The translations under genes were made by a program, and so were the position numbers. A DNA stretch of 64,000 nucleotides. It comes from Treponemataceae bacterium (lineage in GTDB: Bacteria > Spirochaetota > Spirochaetia > Treponematales > Rectinemataceae). Location of the stretch: NCBI GenBank assembly GCA_963678065.2, contig CAXXVZ010000003.1, forward strand, positions 992,001-1,056,000, in the 5' to 3' direction. The first letter of the stretch is position 1. Each line of letters opens with the position of its first letter. Shown here piece after piece: positions 49,438-58,945 of the stretch. The notes beneath the pieces were generated by a model. That model searched no databases, had not been told where the DNA came from, and worked only from the letters and a program-made list of their open reading frames with translations.

Positions 49438-50531
49438 AACGAATGGTCATCCTCTACGGAGGCAAATCGGGCGAGCACGAGGTATCCTGCATCTCCGCTG
49501 CCGGCATACTCGGGCATTTTCCCCGGGACCGCTACGAAGCTGTCTCCGTAGGCATCGACGGAGAGGGAGTCTGGCATCTCCAGCCTCCCGGCCTCGCAGA
49601 CAGGCCTTTCGTCGAAGGCCGACCCCTTCCTCTCGAAAATGGCCCCCGGGTCCTCGCGGCGCCGGGAGCCGGCCTCTTCGTCGAGGTGGATTCCAGGATA
49701 ACACCCCTTCGATGCGATCTGGTATTTCCAGTCCTGCACGGTACTTTCGGAGAAGATGGCACGATCCAGGGCCTCCTCGAGACAGCCGGCCTTCCCTATG
49801 TCGGCGCCGGGGTTCTCGGCTCAGCCCTCGGCATGGACAAGGAGAAGGCGAAGGAACTCTGGCGCGGAGACGGATTGCCGATCGTCGACTTCATCACCGT
49901 CCGGCGCGCCGATCTCGAGACTCCGGGGAAGCTGGAAAGCATCATGCGGAGGCTGGAGGCGAGGTTCGGCTGGCCCGCCTTCGTCAAGCCCGCCTGCGCC
50001 GGCTCCTCGGTGGGAGCTTCGCGCATCAGTGGCCCCGAGGGCTTCGTCTCCGCGGTCAGGGAAGCCCTGCGCTGGGACCGGAAGGCTCTCCTCGAACCCT
50101 TCGTCCACGCGCGCGAGATCGAGTGCTCCGTCCTCGGCAACGAGAATCCCCGGGCCTTCATGCCGGGTGAAATCATCCCCTCCCACGAGTTCTACGACTA
50201 CGAGGCGAAATACATCGACCCGGACGGCGCGGCCCTCATCATCCCCGCGGGGATCACTGCGGCCCAGGCGGAAAAAGTCAGGGAGACAGCTATCGCCGCA
50301 TACAGGGCCTGCGAGCTTTCGGGCATGGCGCGCGTCGACTTTTTCATCGACAAGAGGACGGGCGAAGTTCTCCTCAACGAAGTGAACACCATCCCTGGCT
50401 TTACCCATATCTCGATGTACCCCCGGATGTGCGAGGCGGGCGGACTCGCGTATACGGAACTCGTCGCGCGCCTCGGGGACCTGGCCCTGGAGCGTCACAA
50501 AGAAGCAATGACCATCAGATACACGCGGTGA
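49434..50531 (+). CDS. ddl: D-alanine--D-alanine ligase
   Basis: GGKSGEHEVS, HGTFGEDG, GSSVG, FYDYEAKY, NEVNTIPGFT. Confidence 0.96.
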   Translation: MKRMVILYGGKSGEHEVSCISAAGILGHFPRDRYEAVSVGIDGEGVWHLQPPGLADRPFVEGRPLPLENGPRVLAAPGAGLFVEVDSRITPLRCDLVFPVLHGTFGEDGTIQGLLETAGLPYVGAGVLGSALGMDKEKAKELWRGDGLPIVDFITVRRADLETPGKLESIMRRLEARFGWPAFVKPACAGSSVGASRISGPEGFVSAVREALRWDRKALLEPFVHAREIECSVLGNENPRAFMPGEIIPSHEFYDYEAKYIDPDGAALIIPAGITAAQAEKVRETAIAAYRACELSGMARVDFFIDKRTGEVLLNEVNTIPGFTHISMYPRMCEAGGLAYTELVARLGDLALERHKEAMTIRYTR

Positions 50532-50567
50532 TGAGTGCCTCCGATGACCTTCCAACGCTCCGCCGAT

Positions 50568-50585
50568 CGTGAATAAAAATACAAG
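50568..50585. promoter_or_regulatory. ARG box upstream of rocD, CGTGAATAAAAATACAAG
   Basis: Close match to the AhrC/ArgR consensus, in an AT-rich island about 70 bp upstream of an extended -10 (TGG-TATACT). Confidence 0.7.
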
Positions 50586-50714
50586 GCTATTATTATATTT
50601 ATCTATATGATAATGATTTAGTTTTTAATATGGCGCTGAAGGAACCTTTCTGGTATACTCAAGGGCGGATTCCGCAATCCGGAATTCTGCCCATCGGGGC
50701 AAGGAGGTTCTTTC

Positions 50715-51914
50715 ATGAAGTCCCAGGACTACATCGCCCTGGACGAACAGTACGGCGCGCACAATTACCACCCGCTGCCCGTCGTCATTTCAAAAGCTTC
50801 GGGATGTGTGGTCACCGATCCTGAAGGGAAGGTCTACTATGACTTCCTCTCGGCCTATTCGGCCGTGAACCAGGGCCACCTTCATCCCGCCATCGTCGCC
50901 GCCGCCAGGGAACAGCTCGAGCGGGTCACCCTGACGAGTCGCGCCTTCCACAACGACCGCATGGGCCTCTTTCTCAGGAAGCTCTGCGAGTTCACCGGCT
51001 TCGAAAACGCCCTTCCGATGAATACGGGCGCGGAGGCGGTCGAGACGGCCCTCAAAGCCGCCCGCCGTTGGGGAGCCGAGGTCAAGGGAGTTCCAAACGG
51101 AAGCCAGCGCATCATCTGCGCCGAGGGCAATTTCCACGGACGGACCCTGGCCATCGTCTCCATGTCCAGCGATCCGGACGCCGTAATCAATTACGGGCCC
51201 TACGTCCCCGGATTCGACAAGGTACCCTACGCCGACGCCGAGGCCATCGGGGCGGCGATTACGCCCGACACGGTCGCCGTGATCATCGAGCCCATTCAGG
51301 GAGAGGCGGGGGTCGTCGTGCCGCCCGCGGGCTACCTGAAGCGGGTGCGCGAACTCTGCACGGCCAACAATATGCTGTTCATCGACGACGAGATCCAGAC
51401 GGGGTTCTGCCGCACCGGGAAGCGCTTCGCCTGGGAATTCGAGGATGCCCGCCCGGACATCATGTGCCTCGGCAAGGCCCTCGGCGGCGGCATCATGCCC
51501 ATCTCCGCCATCGTCGCCGACCACGATATCATGAAGGTCTTCACCCCCGGCACCCACGGCTCCACGTTCGGTGGCAACCCCCTCGCGGGCGCCATCGGCA
51601 TGGCCGCCATCCAGGTTCTCGAGGACGAGAAGCTCGACGAGAACGCTGAGAGGCTTGGCCGCATATTCCGCGAAAAAGTCGCAAAGATTTCCTGCCCGAA
51701 GATGGTCACAGTGCGGGGCAAAGGGCTTCTGAACGCCGTCGTCTTCGAGAGGGGTTTCGAGGCTTACGATGTCTGCCTCGCCCTGCGCGACTCAGGGCTC
51801 CTCGCCAAACAGACCCACGGAAATATCATCCGCTTCGCTCCGCCTCTCGTCATCACCGAGGCGGAACTGGATGAGGCGGTCGCAATCATAAAGTCGGTCT
51901 TCGAAAAAATCTGA
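50715..51914 (+). CDS. rocD: ornithine--oxo-acid aminotransferase
   Basis: GAHNYHPLP, DFLSAYSAVNQGH, LTSRAF, EPIQGEAG, DEIQTG, GKALGGG, HGSTFGGNP; SD AAGGAGG. Confidence 0.96.
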   Translation: MKSQDYIALDEQYGAHNYHPLPVVISKASGCVVTDPEGKVYYDFLSAYSAVNQGHLHPAIVAAAREQLERVTLTSRAFHNDRMGLFLRKLCEFTGFENALPMNTGAEAVETALKAARRWGAEVKGVPNGSQRIICAEGNFHGRTLAIVSMSSDPDAVINYGPYVPGFDKVPYADAEAIGAAITPDTVAVIIEPIQGEAGVVVPPAGYLKRVRELCTANNMLFIDDEIQTGFCRTGKRFAWEFEDARPDIMCLGKALGGGIMPISAIVADHDIMKVFTPGTHGSTFGGNPLAGAIGMAAIQVLEDEKLDENAERLGRIFREKVAKISCPKMVTVRGKGLLNAVVFERGFEAYDVCLALRDSGLLAKQTHGNIIRFAPPLVITEAELDEAVAIIKSVFEKI

Positions 51915-51925
51915 AAAAGGCTCCG

Positions 51926-51945
51926 GGAGGCGAGTATTCGCCTCC
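51926..51945. terminator. hairpin between convergent rocD and histidine kinase genes
   Basis: GGAGGCGA-GTAT-TCGCCTCC. Confidence 0.5.
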
Positions 51946-53397
51946 TCACCGCGGCAGGCGGGGCAGGCTCAGCGTGAAACAGGCTCCCCCGCCCTGCCTA
52001 TCCTCGTAGACGATATCGCCGCCCGCAGATCTCGCCACCTTTCGCGCAAGCGCAAGCCCGATTCCCGAGCCCTTCTCCCTGGTCGTGAAAAACGGCTCGA
52101 AGATCCTCTCTCTGTCTGTCTGGGGAACGCCGCCGCCGCGGTCGAGGACAGAGATTACGACGCTGGCACCTTTCAAGAGAGCGTGGATCTCCGGGGGAGG
52201 CGTGTCAGTTCCACAGTCCTCTCCCGGCCCGCTTTCTCCTGCCTCCCCGCCCGGATCGCCCGCTGCCGTCGCGGCTGTCGCGTCGAAGGCATTTGCGACG
52301 AGATTGTCGAGCGCCTGGGTCAGATGTTGAGGATCGATGCTCACCTTCGCGTTCCCCAGTTCTGCGCGCAGCGCGAGTCCGCGCTCTCCTCTTTCGCCAC
52401 TGTCGGTGCCATACCTCTCCGCGAAGGTTTCGAGCCAGGGACCGATCTCGAAGCTCCGGACCTCGCCGGAGCCGCTTTTCAGGAATTCCCTGATCCTGTC
52501 GGCGAGACCGGCGAGGCGCATCACCTCGTCCTCTATGACGAGCGCCGATTCCTTCACGCGCTCTGTACCCGTCTTCCTGAGTGTCGCCGCCTGTATCCTG
52601 ATGATGCCGAGCGGATTCTTTATCTCGTGGACGAGAGTCCGGGCGGCCTCGCCGAGCTGCACGAGTTCGCGGTTGCCGAGCTCCTTCAGCCGCAACTCCT
52701 CGTTTCGCTTGTACAGACGAAGGGTGGATGCGTAGAGCCCCGCGAGAAGAAGACTCACGAAGGCGGCGCCGGCGAAAAGAAGGCTAATTTCTCTGTCCAG
52801 CGCCCCTCGCGAGTATTCGAGCCACATGAAATGGGGTTCTTTTTCCGACAGAGGCGGAGAGACGGCACCAAAGGCCGCTGCGCCGCCAGAACCCGTGCCG
52901 GGAATACCCGGCTGCACGCCGGAGCGCATTTCGTGGCCGGAATCCCTTCTCTCCGCTCCGGGACCCATCCCAGGACCCATTCCAAGGCCTGCCCCCGGAC
53001 CCATGCCGGCGGGGCCCATGCCTCGGCCACCCTGCATCCCCAGGGGCCTGAAGAGGATCACCGAAGATTTCGATCCTGGCGCCCGGGGAAGGGTGGTATT
53101 CGGGCTCGCGAGGGAAAGGTCAACCTGGAGGGGGGCAGTGCCTCCCCTGTTGAGGGCCCTTCCTTCCAGATCGTAGAGACCGTAGCCAATGATCGAAGGA
53201 TTTTCCGGCGTGTACCCGGGATCGAGGCGGAAGGACTCCTGCACGGAGGCCGAGATTCTGAAAGCTTCATACTCGATGTCGAGCCTGCGACTCTGGACTT
53301 CCCGGGCAACCATTATCCAGAGAAGGACAAGGGCAAGGCCTATCCCGAGGGAAATGAGGGCGACAAAACGGCGATAAGGCCGCGCTGATTCGTTCAC
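51946..53397 (-). CDS. sensor histidine kinase (ZraS/HydH-like), no adjacent response regulator
   Basis: Two TM segments, HEIKNPL, NLVANA, DRGGG, FEPFFTT, GSGIGL. Confidence 0.92.
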   Translation of the reverse strand: MNESARPYRRFVALISLGIGLALVLLWIMVAREVQSRRLDIEYEAFRISASVQESFRLDPGYTPENPSIIGYGLYDLEGRALNRGGTAPLQVDLSLASPNTTLPRAPGSKSSVILFRPLGMQGGRGMGPAGMGPGAGLGMGPGMGPGAERRDSGHEMRSGVQPGIPGTGSGGAAAFGAVSPPLSEKEPHFMWLEYSRGALDREISLLFAGAAFVSLLLAGLYASTLRLYKRNEELRLKELGNRELVQLGEAARTLVHEIKNPLGIIRIQAATLRKTGTERVKESALVIEDEVMRLAGLADRIREFLKSGSGEVRSFEIGPWLETFAERYGTDSGERGERGLALRAELGNAKVSIDPQHLTQALDNLVANAFDATAATAAGDPGGEAGESGPGEDCGTDTPPPEIHALLKGASVVISVLDRGGGVPQTDRERIFEPFFTTREKGSGIGLALARKVARSAGGDIVYEDRQGGGACFTLSLPRLPR

Positions 53398-53488
53398 GGT
53401 TCCATTTTATGCTTACGGGCGGCGGGCAGCAAGCCGGAAGATGTGCCGTCATTGCGCCCGAAGGCCTGATCGGTCTACAATCCTTGCG

Positions 53489-55006
53489 ATGAAGCGTTTC
53501 GTACAGGCTCTCTTCTTTCTCGCCTGCATCATGGCCCTCGGCCTCGCCATCTTCTACTTCAACCGGGCGAAAACCGAAAGCGAGGAAGCGGCCCTCCCTG
53601 TCACGGGAAGGACCGTCACCCTGGAGTCCTCGCCGGGACAGGCGGCAGGACAGGGCGAGACGGGAGAAGAGAGGGTCATCAACCGTATAGCCGCCAGGCC
53701 CGAAGAGCTCGTCCTCGATGTCACCGACGCGAATCTCGACGACGATGACGGAGACGAGCAGATCATGACCGTCCGGGACAAGAACGATCCCGAAGGCGGG
53801 ATCGGCGTGGTCGTGGCCGACTACATCCCGGCACGGAAGAGCTGGGTGCGCGCATTCGAAGGCAAGACGCCGATCACCAAGCCGACCACCTTCACCCTGC
53901 GGGTCGCTGACCTCGCCGGCGACAGGTCACTCATGATCGTCTGCTCGGGACTGGACCGGAACAACAGACAGAACCTTGTCGCCTTCCGCAGAATCAAGAA
54001 TTCTTCCCCCCTCGAATACGCACTCGCCTGCTCGGTGGGCGGGGATTCGGTCGAAATCGACGAACGGGATCGACCCGAGTCCTATCAATTGGGAAAAACC
54101 GACGCGGCGCCCTGGGATATCTTCTCCTACACGAGGGACCTCGGTTCGACGAACATACTCGACCGGATCAAGACGACCTGGAGATGGGACAGAGCGAAGG
54201 CGCGCTTTGTCAGCCAGGCCACCGAAAAAGTCCCCGGAGCGGCCGCGGAGAGGGAAGCCCTCCAGAAGATCCTGACAGGCTCCGCGGGCGATTTCGAAAC
54301 ATACATGCAGGGACTGTGGTACCGGGAAGATGGCGGGACCTTCGGGGAAAATGCGAGGTTCATCTATTTCGACGCGAAAGGAAAGTCGGTGACCTTCAAG
54401 TCTCAGGCAGGCCAGGAGGCATACTCCTGGCTGGACTCCAACGCGACGAGCTCCGGCATCTTCACGGTTCTCGAGAATGAATCCGTCCGCGACCTCAGGA
54501 GGTTCGCAGGGGTCGATCTCATCGCGAGAGACAGGCTGCGGGTGCGCATCGACGACGAGAGATCGATGCAGATCATCCCGGACAACGGATACTCAGGCAG
54601 CTACAGGAGACTCGTACAGAGTTCCGCCAGAAGCCTCCTGCAGGCCGATTCCTCCTCCCTGGCGCAGGCAGTCCCTGACCTGACAGGCTCTTTCCGGTCG
54701 GCTTCGGGCAGGACGATCATATTCTCGGGGCAGGAGTTCGTGTCGGGAGACCCTTCCCGGCGGGCGCATGAAACGGGTGGATTCAGGTTGTACCGTCTGG
54801 ACAGCGACCTCGTACTCGACCTGGCCCCCGTAGGGAAGGATGGGCTTCCTGCCGGACGGAGGCTGTACAAGGCCGATTTCACCCTCTCGCAGACAGGCAA
54901 GGGCACGACGAAAACGCTGTTCCTCATGCCCGCCGTCATGGGAATGGACGGACTCAGGGTGCTCGAAGAGCGGAAGGAGCGCTATTCTACGGGATACGAC
55001 TCGTAG
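53489..55006 (+). CDS. pallilysin-related adhesin-like spirochete protein
   Basis: N-terminal anchor, NLDDDDGDEQI, DLAGDR, R.ESYQLG, LDRIK..W.W, GLWY; family name from recall. Confidence 0.6.
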   Translation: MKRFVQALFFLACIMALGLAIFYFNRAKTESEEAALPVTGRTVTLESSPGQAAGQGETGEERVINRIAARPEELVLDVTDANLDDDDGDEQIMTVRDKNDPEGGIGVVVADYIPARKSWVRAFEGKTPITKPTTFTLRVADLAGDRSLMIVCSGLDRNNRQNLVAFRRIKNSSPLEYALACSVGGDSVEIDERDRPESYQLGKTDAAPWDIFSYTRDLGSTNILDRIKTTWRWDRAKARFVSQATEKVPGAAAEREALQKILTGSAGDFETYMQGLWYREDGGTFGENARFIYFDAKGKSVTFKSQAGQEAYSWLDSNATSSGIFTVLENESVRDLRRFAGVDLIARDRLRVRIDDERSMQIIPDNGYSGSYRRLVQSSARSLLQADSSSLAQAVPDLTGSFRSASGRTIIFSGQEFVSGDPSRRAHETGGFRLYRLDSDLVLDLAPVGKDGLPAGRRLYKADFTLSQTGKGTTKTLFLMPAVMGMDGLRVLEERKERYSTGYDS

Positions 55007-56415
55007 CCCAGCTCTTTCAGGCGGATCTGTGTCGCCTGAAGGTTGGAGACAGGACTCCCTCCGGAGCCCGCCCCCTGCGATGAGGGGCTTCCCGTTGCGG
55101 ATTCGGGGAATGCCTGAACATCGACCGTGACAGCCCAGCGCGGCAAGCCGCCCGCTTCCGGCCGCGCTTCGACGTAGGCGCTGAAGCCTTTCGAGGCGAG
55201 TTCCTGGCGGAAGGCTTTTGCGTTTTCCTCCCGGGAGAAATAGCCTACCTGGAGCCGGTCGGTGACTCGCCCGTCCTTGGCGGGAAGCTGGGCGGCCGCG
55301 GCGCTCCCCGTGCCCGTAGTCTTCGCTACGTCGGCGGGCATCCTTTCCGGCGCGGGCGCCTGCAGTGAAGCGGAAAGGACGCCGAGGAGCCAGTGTGCGA
55401 GGGGAGGATTCTTCACATTTCCCCGGACGATTCCCGCTTCGGGGCTGTCGGGATACTCGGACCTGAGCATGCCCGCGGCATCGCTTCGCTCCTTTGCGGA
55501 TGCGGAATTCCACAGGATGAAAAGAGCCTCGCGCCTCTCTGCCGAGCCTTTCGCGGCGCCGCGCGCCGGATCGTTGATGATGGGGCGAACGAGATCGGCA
55601 CAGCGGGGGCTTTCCCCTTCCACGAGCCAGGACCACGCTTCCACAATGTCCGCCCTGATCCGCGCCGGCTTGAGGAGGGCGGGATCGGGCAGGGAATCGG
55701 GTTTGGGCGCCGGGGAAGGTTTCGGGGTTGTTCCGGACTTGGCGGCGCCCGACGCGCCTGTCTGGCCCTTTGGCGCCGTCGGCTTGGCCGGTGAGGCCTG
55801 CGCGCCCTTCGCGGCGGGCAGACCTGCGCCGGCAAGTTTCGCGGCAGTCTCGGCCCGGGATCGGGATTCGGCGGCGAGCTCTCGGGCCCGGGGCGTATCG
55901 CCCGACGCGACCCTGCAGCGCGCGGCGCGAAGCAGGAGCGCCTGGTCTTTTTCGCCGCTGCCCTCTCCTGCCGCCGATTCGAAGTGGAGCGCGGCCTCCC
56001 CGAACCTGCCGAGCAGGAGAGAAAGAGAGGCGGCCTTGGTCCAGAGGGCCTGGCGGGAAGCCGAGGGTGCGCGGCCGGCGAACTCGGCGAGAAGTGCAAG
56101 ACCTTCAGAGGGACTTAAGCCGGCCGCAAGCTGCTCGAGACGGGCCGCGAAGGCCCTGCCCGCCTCCATGCCTGCGAGTTCCTTGCGCGCCGAGGCCAGG
56201 GTCGGGACCTGAGGCTGGGGCTGGGCGACAGGGATTGTGGTCTGGCCCTTTTTTGCCGTCTTTCCCGAAGTCTGCGCGGCGAATAACCCGCGGGAGGAGC
56301 CACCCGCGGGAAGCAGGATGAGGGAAATACAGAGCGAAACGAGTCCCGCCTTGAAAAGAGGCGTACCTATCCCCGGCCGGACCCGGCTTGCGGAACTCCG
56401 GGACTCAAGCCCCAT
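54982..56415 (-). CDS. secreted TPR-like protein with C-terminal SPOR domain
   Basis: Signal peptide, Ala-rich helices, EYPDSPEA, LQVGYFSREENA. Confidence 0.75.
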   Translation of the reverse strand: MGLESRSSASRVRPGIGTPLFKAGLVSLCISLILLPAGGSSRGLFAAQTSGKTAKKGQTTIPVAQPQPQVPTLASARKELAGMEAGRAFAARLEQLAAGLSPSEGLALLAEFAGRAPSASRQALWTKAASLSLLLGRFGEAALHFESAAGEGSGEKDQALLLRAARCRVASGDTPRARELAAESRSRAETAAKLAGAGLPAAKGAQASPAKPTAPKGQTGASGAAKSGTTPKPSPAPKPDSLPDPALLKPARIRADIVEAWSWLVEGESPRCADLVRPIINDPARGAAKGSAERREALFILWNSASAKERSDAAGMLRSEYPDSPEAGIVRGNVKNPPLAHWLLGVLSASLQAPAPERMPADVAKTTGTGSAAAAQLPAKDGRVTDRLQVGYFSREENAKAFRQELASKGFSAYVEARPEAGGLPRWAVTVDVQAFPESATGSPSSQGAGSGGSPVSNLQATQIRLKELGYESYPVE

Positions 56416-57733
56416 CGATCTCCTCCGCCCGGAACGTGTTCCCGGAAAGGGAAATCAACCTGACACGGGCGAAGGACCCGATCCTCGATGAAGCGGCGGG
56501 AAAGACGACCATCTCGTCGCGCTGGGTCCTCGCGAGGACTTCATTCTTCTTCCGTTTGGAAACAGCCTCGACGAGAACCTCGTCCGCCTGACCGAGCCGC
56601 GACCGCATAAGCTCGCCGGTCATCTCCTTCTGGAGAAAGATGACCCTGGAGAGTCTCTCTTTTTTGACTTTATCCGGCACGCGGTTTTCCATCTTCGCCG
56701 CAGGAGTACCCTCGCGTGGATTGAAGTGGTACATGTAGGAGTAGACATACCCGACCCGCCGCATGAGATCGAGGGTGGCATCGACATCATCCTCGGTCTC
56801 CCCGGGGAAGCCGACGAGGATGTCGGTGGAGAGGGAGAGGCCGGGGATTCTCGCCTTCATGTCCGCCACGAGGTCGAGGTATCGCTCGCGCGTATATTTC
56901 CGGTTCATGACCGAGAGCACGGCGTCGGAACCCGACTGGACGCAGAGGTGGATGTGGCGGCAGAACAGGGGCTCTTCGGCCATGACGGATATCACTTCCG
57001 GCGAAAGGTCTTTCGGATGGCTCGTGAGGAACCGTATCCACCGGATGCCGCCGGCGCCGCGGGAGCGCAGGTGAGAGGCTATCCTCCGCATGAGGGCGGG
57101 GAAGTCGACGACAGAGCCGTTCTCGCAGTGCCGGTAGGAGTTGACATTCTGCCCGAGGAGGGTGACTTCCCGCACTCCCGAATTCTCGAGGGAATCCAGT
57201 TCGGCGAGTATGCTCCCGGGATCGCGCGAGGTTTCCCTGCCTCTGAGGTAGGGGACGATGCAGTACGAACAGAAGTTATCGCAGCCGTGCATGATGGGCA
57301 CGAAGGCGCGGAAAGCTCCCGGATCGTGATGGGAGGACGAGAAGACGAAGGAGGGGCTCTCCTCGAGCACCTCGAGCTTCCTGCCCTGCGCCACGGCGTC
57401 GAGGATGAGACCGAAGGACTGTTTCTGAAAGGTGCCGACGACATAGTCGATGGCCTTCTGCCTGTCTTCCAGAGACTTGCGCATGCGCTCGGCCATGCAT
57501 CCCGTCACGACGAGGGTCATCTTCCTCTGCCGTTTGAGGGCGGCGAAGTGGTCGATCCGCCCCCAGGCGCGCGTTTCAGCCGTCGCGCGCACGGAGCAGG
57601 TGTTGATGAGGACGAGGTCGGCTTCCTCAGGCAGGGCGGCTGTTGTCCAGCCGCGTTCACGGAATATCGTTTCCAGGGCGGATGACTCCGCCTTGTTCAT
57701 CTGGCAACCGTATGTCTCGATACAGTAGGTCAT
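56405..57733 (-). CDS. miaB: tRNA-i6A37 methylthiotransferase
   Basis: TYGCQMN, NTCSVR, GCMAE, GCDNFCSYC, LLGQNVNSY, TRAM domain. Confidence 0.96.
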   Translation of the reverse strand: MTYCIETYGCQMNKAESSALETIFRERGWTTAALPEEADLVLINTCSVRATAETRAWGRIDHFAALKRQRKMTLVVTGCMAERMRKSLEDRQKAIDYVVGTFQKQSFGLILDAVAQGRKLEVLEESPSFVFSSSHHDPGAFRAFVPIMHGCDNFCSYCIVPYLRGRETSRDPGSILAELDSLENSGVREVTLLGQNVNSYRHCENGSVVDFPALMRRIASHLRSRGAGGIRWIRFLTSHPKDLSPEVISVMAEEPLFCRHIHLCVQSGSDAVLSVMNRKYTRERYLDLVADMKARIPGLSLSTDILVGFPGETEDDVDATLDLMRRVGYVYSYMYHFNPREGTPAAKMENRVPDKVKKERLSRVIFLQKEMTGELMRSRLGQADEVLVEAVSKRKKNEVLARTQRDEMVVFPAASSRIGSFARVRLISLSGNTFRAEEIDGA

Positions 57734-58089
57734 TTGGCCCGCTTGCGTATTCCGGTTGCGAATTTGATGATATTCCAGACCCCGAAGAGGAAGAGGCCGA
57801 ATCCGCCCGCTCCGAGGAGGGAGCGGGTTACATGGGGCAATAGAAGGCTGGCGATTCCGGCGCCGCCCGCGACCAGGGCGATGGTGCCCGAAACCTTGTC
57901 GGTCTTGGTCTTGCCGAAGACCCCTGTCGCTCCGAGGACGACGAGTCCGGCCGAGATGACCCAACCCAGAACGGGAATTCCGAGGAGGGCGTTGATGCCC
58001 ATGAGTCCGAGGCCCGCTCCGGCCGACATCACACCCTTGGTGCCTCTCGCGCTCAGATCGGTCGACTCTACAGGATAATTGTCTGACAT
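57730..58089 (-). CDS. small 4-TM hypothetical membrane protein
   Basis: Gly-rich hydrophobic segments; ATGA overlap with miaB. Confidence 0.7.
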   Translation of the reverse strand: MSDNYPVESTDLSARGTKGVMSAGAGLGLMGINALLGIPVLGWVISAGLVVLGATGVFGKTKTDKVSGTIALVAGGAGIASLLLPHVTRSLLGAGGFGLFLFGVWNIIKFATGIRKRAK

Positions 58090-58177
58090 GCTCCGTACCT
58101 CTCAACTTCGATGCTGGAATTTACCACGAACAGGGCACGCGGAAAAAATCTGCTGCCCTCACTAATAATATCGCAAA

Positions 58178-58945
58178 TCAGGGGCATTCGACGTAAGCGT
58201 AGGCCGAATGATTGTGGATACTTTCGAAATTTTCCGCCTCTACGGAGAAGCGCGGGAATTTGCCCAGCGCATCCACAGCGCGGTATATCTCCCTGACGAG
58301 GTCCTCGACGAAGCGGGGGCTGTCGTAGGCCTTTTCGGTGACGAACTTCTCGTCCTCGCGCTTGAGGAGGGTGTAGAGCCCGCTCGAGGCCGAAGCCTCC
58401 ACGATGGCGACCATGTCCTCGATCCAGAAGAAGGGGCCCAGGGCGAGGGTCAGCGTCACGACGCCTCTCTGGTTGTGGGCGCCGTAATTGGAGATGGCCT
58501 TGGAGCAGGGGCATACGGTCTGCACGGGCACAGAGACAGCGACATCGAACTCGTGGCCGGAAGGCCCGACCTTTCCGATGTACTTGCAGTCGTAGCTCAT
58601 CATGGAACTCTGGCCCGAGACCGGGGCGGTCTTCTCGATGAAGTACGGGAAGCGAAGCTCGGCGTAGGCTGTCTCCGCCTTGAGATTCGTCCGGAGCTCG
58701 CCGAGCATCTCCAGAAATCGCGGCATCGAGAGGTCGAGTCTGTGGCTCTCGAAGACCTCGATGAAGCGGCTCATGTGAGTGCCCTTGAACTCATGGGGAA
58801 GGTCGACAAAGAGGTCGACAGTGGCCGTCGTGTGCTGCTGGCCGCGCGCCTTGTCGCGCAGGGTCACGGGGTAGCGCAGGCCCTTGATTCCGACTTTCTG
58901 GATGGGAATTCGCCTGTCGTCCCTCATGGACTGGATATCCACCAT
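58178..58945 (-). CDS. folE2: GTP cyclohydrolase IB
   Basis: KGTHMSRF, VCPCSK, AHNQR, KREDEK, ESIHNH. Confidence 0.96.
   Translation of the reverse strand: MVDIQSMRDDRRIPIQKVGIKGLRYPVTLRDKARGQQHTTATVDLFVDLPHEFKGTHMSRFIEVFESHRLDLSMPRFLEMLGELRTNLKAETAYAELRFPYFIEKTAPVSGQSSMMSYDCKYIGKVGPSGHEFDVAVSVPVQTVCPCSKAISNYGAHNQRGVVTLTLALGPFFWIEDMVAIVEASASSGLYTLLKREDEKFVTEKAYDSPRFVEDLVREIYRAVDALGKFPRFSVEAENFESIHNHSAYAYVECP

Noticed and set aside
50629..50646. Possible sigma54 promoter (TGGCGC) upstream of rocD
   Set aside because: No TTGC at the -12 position
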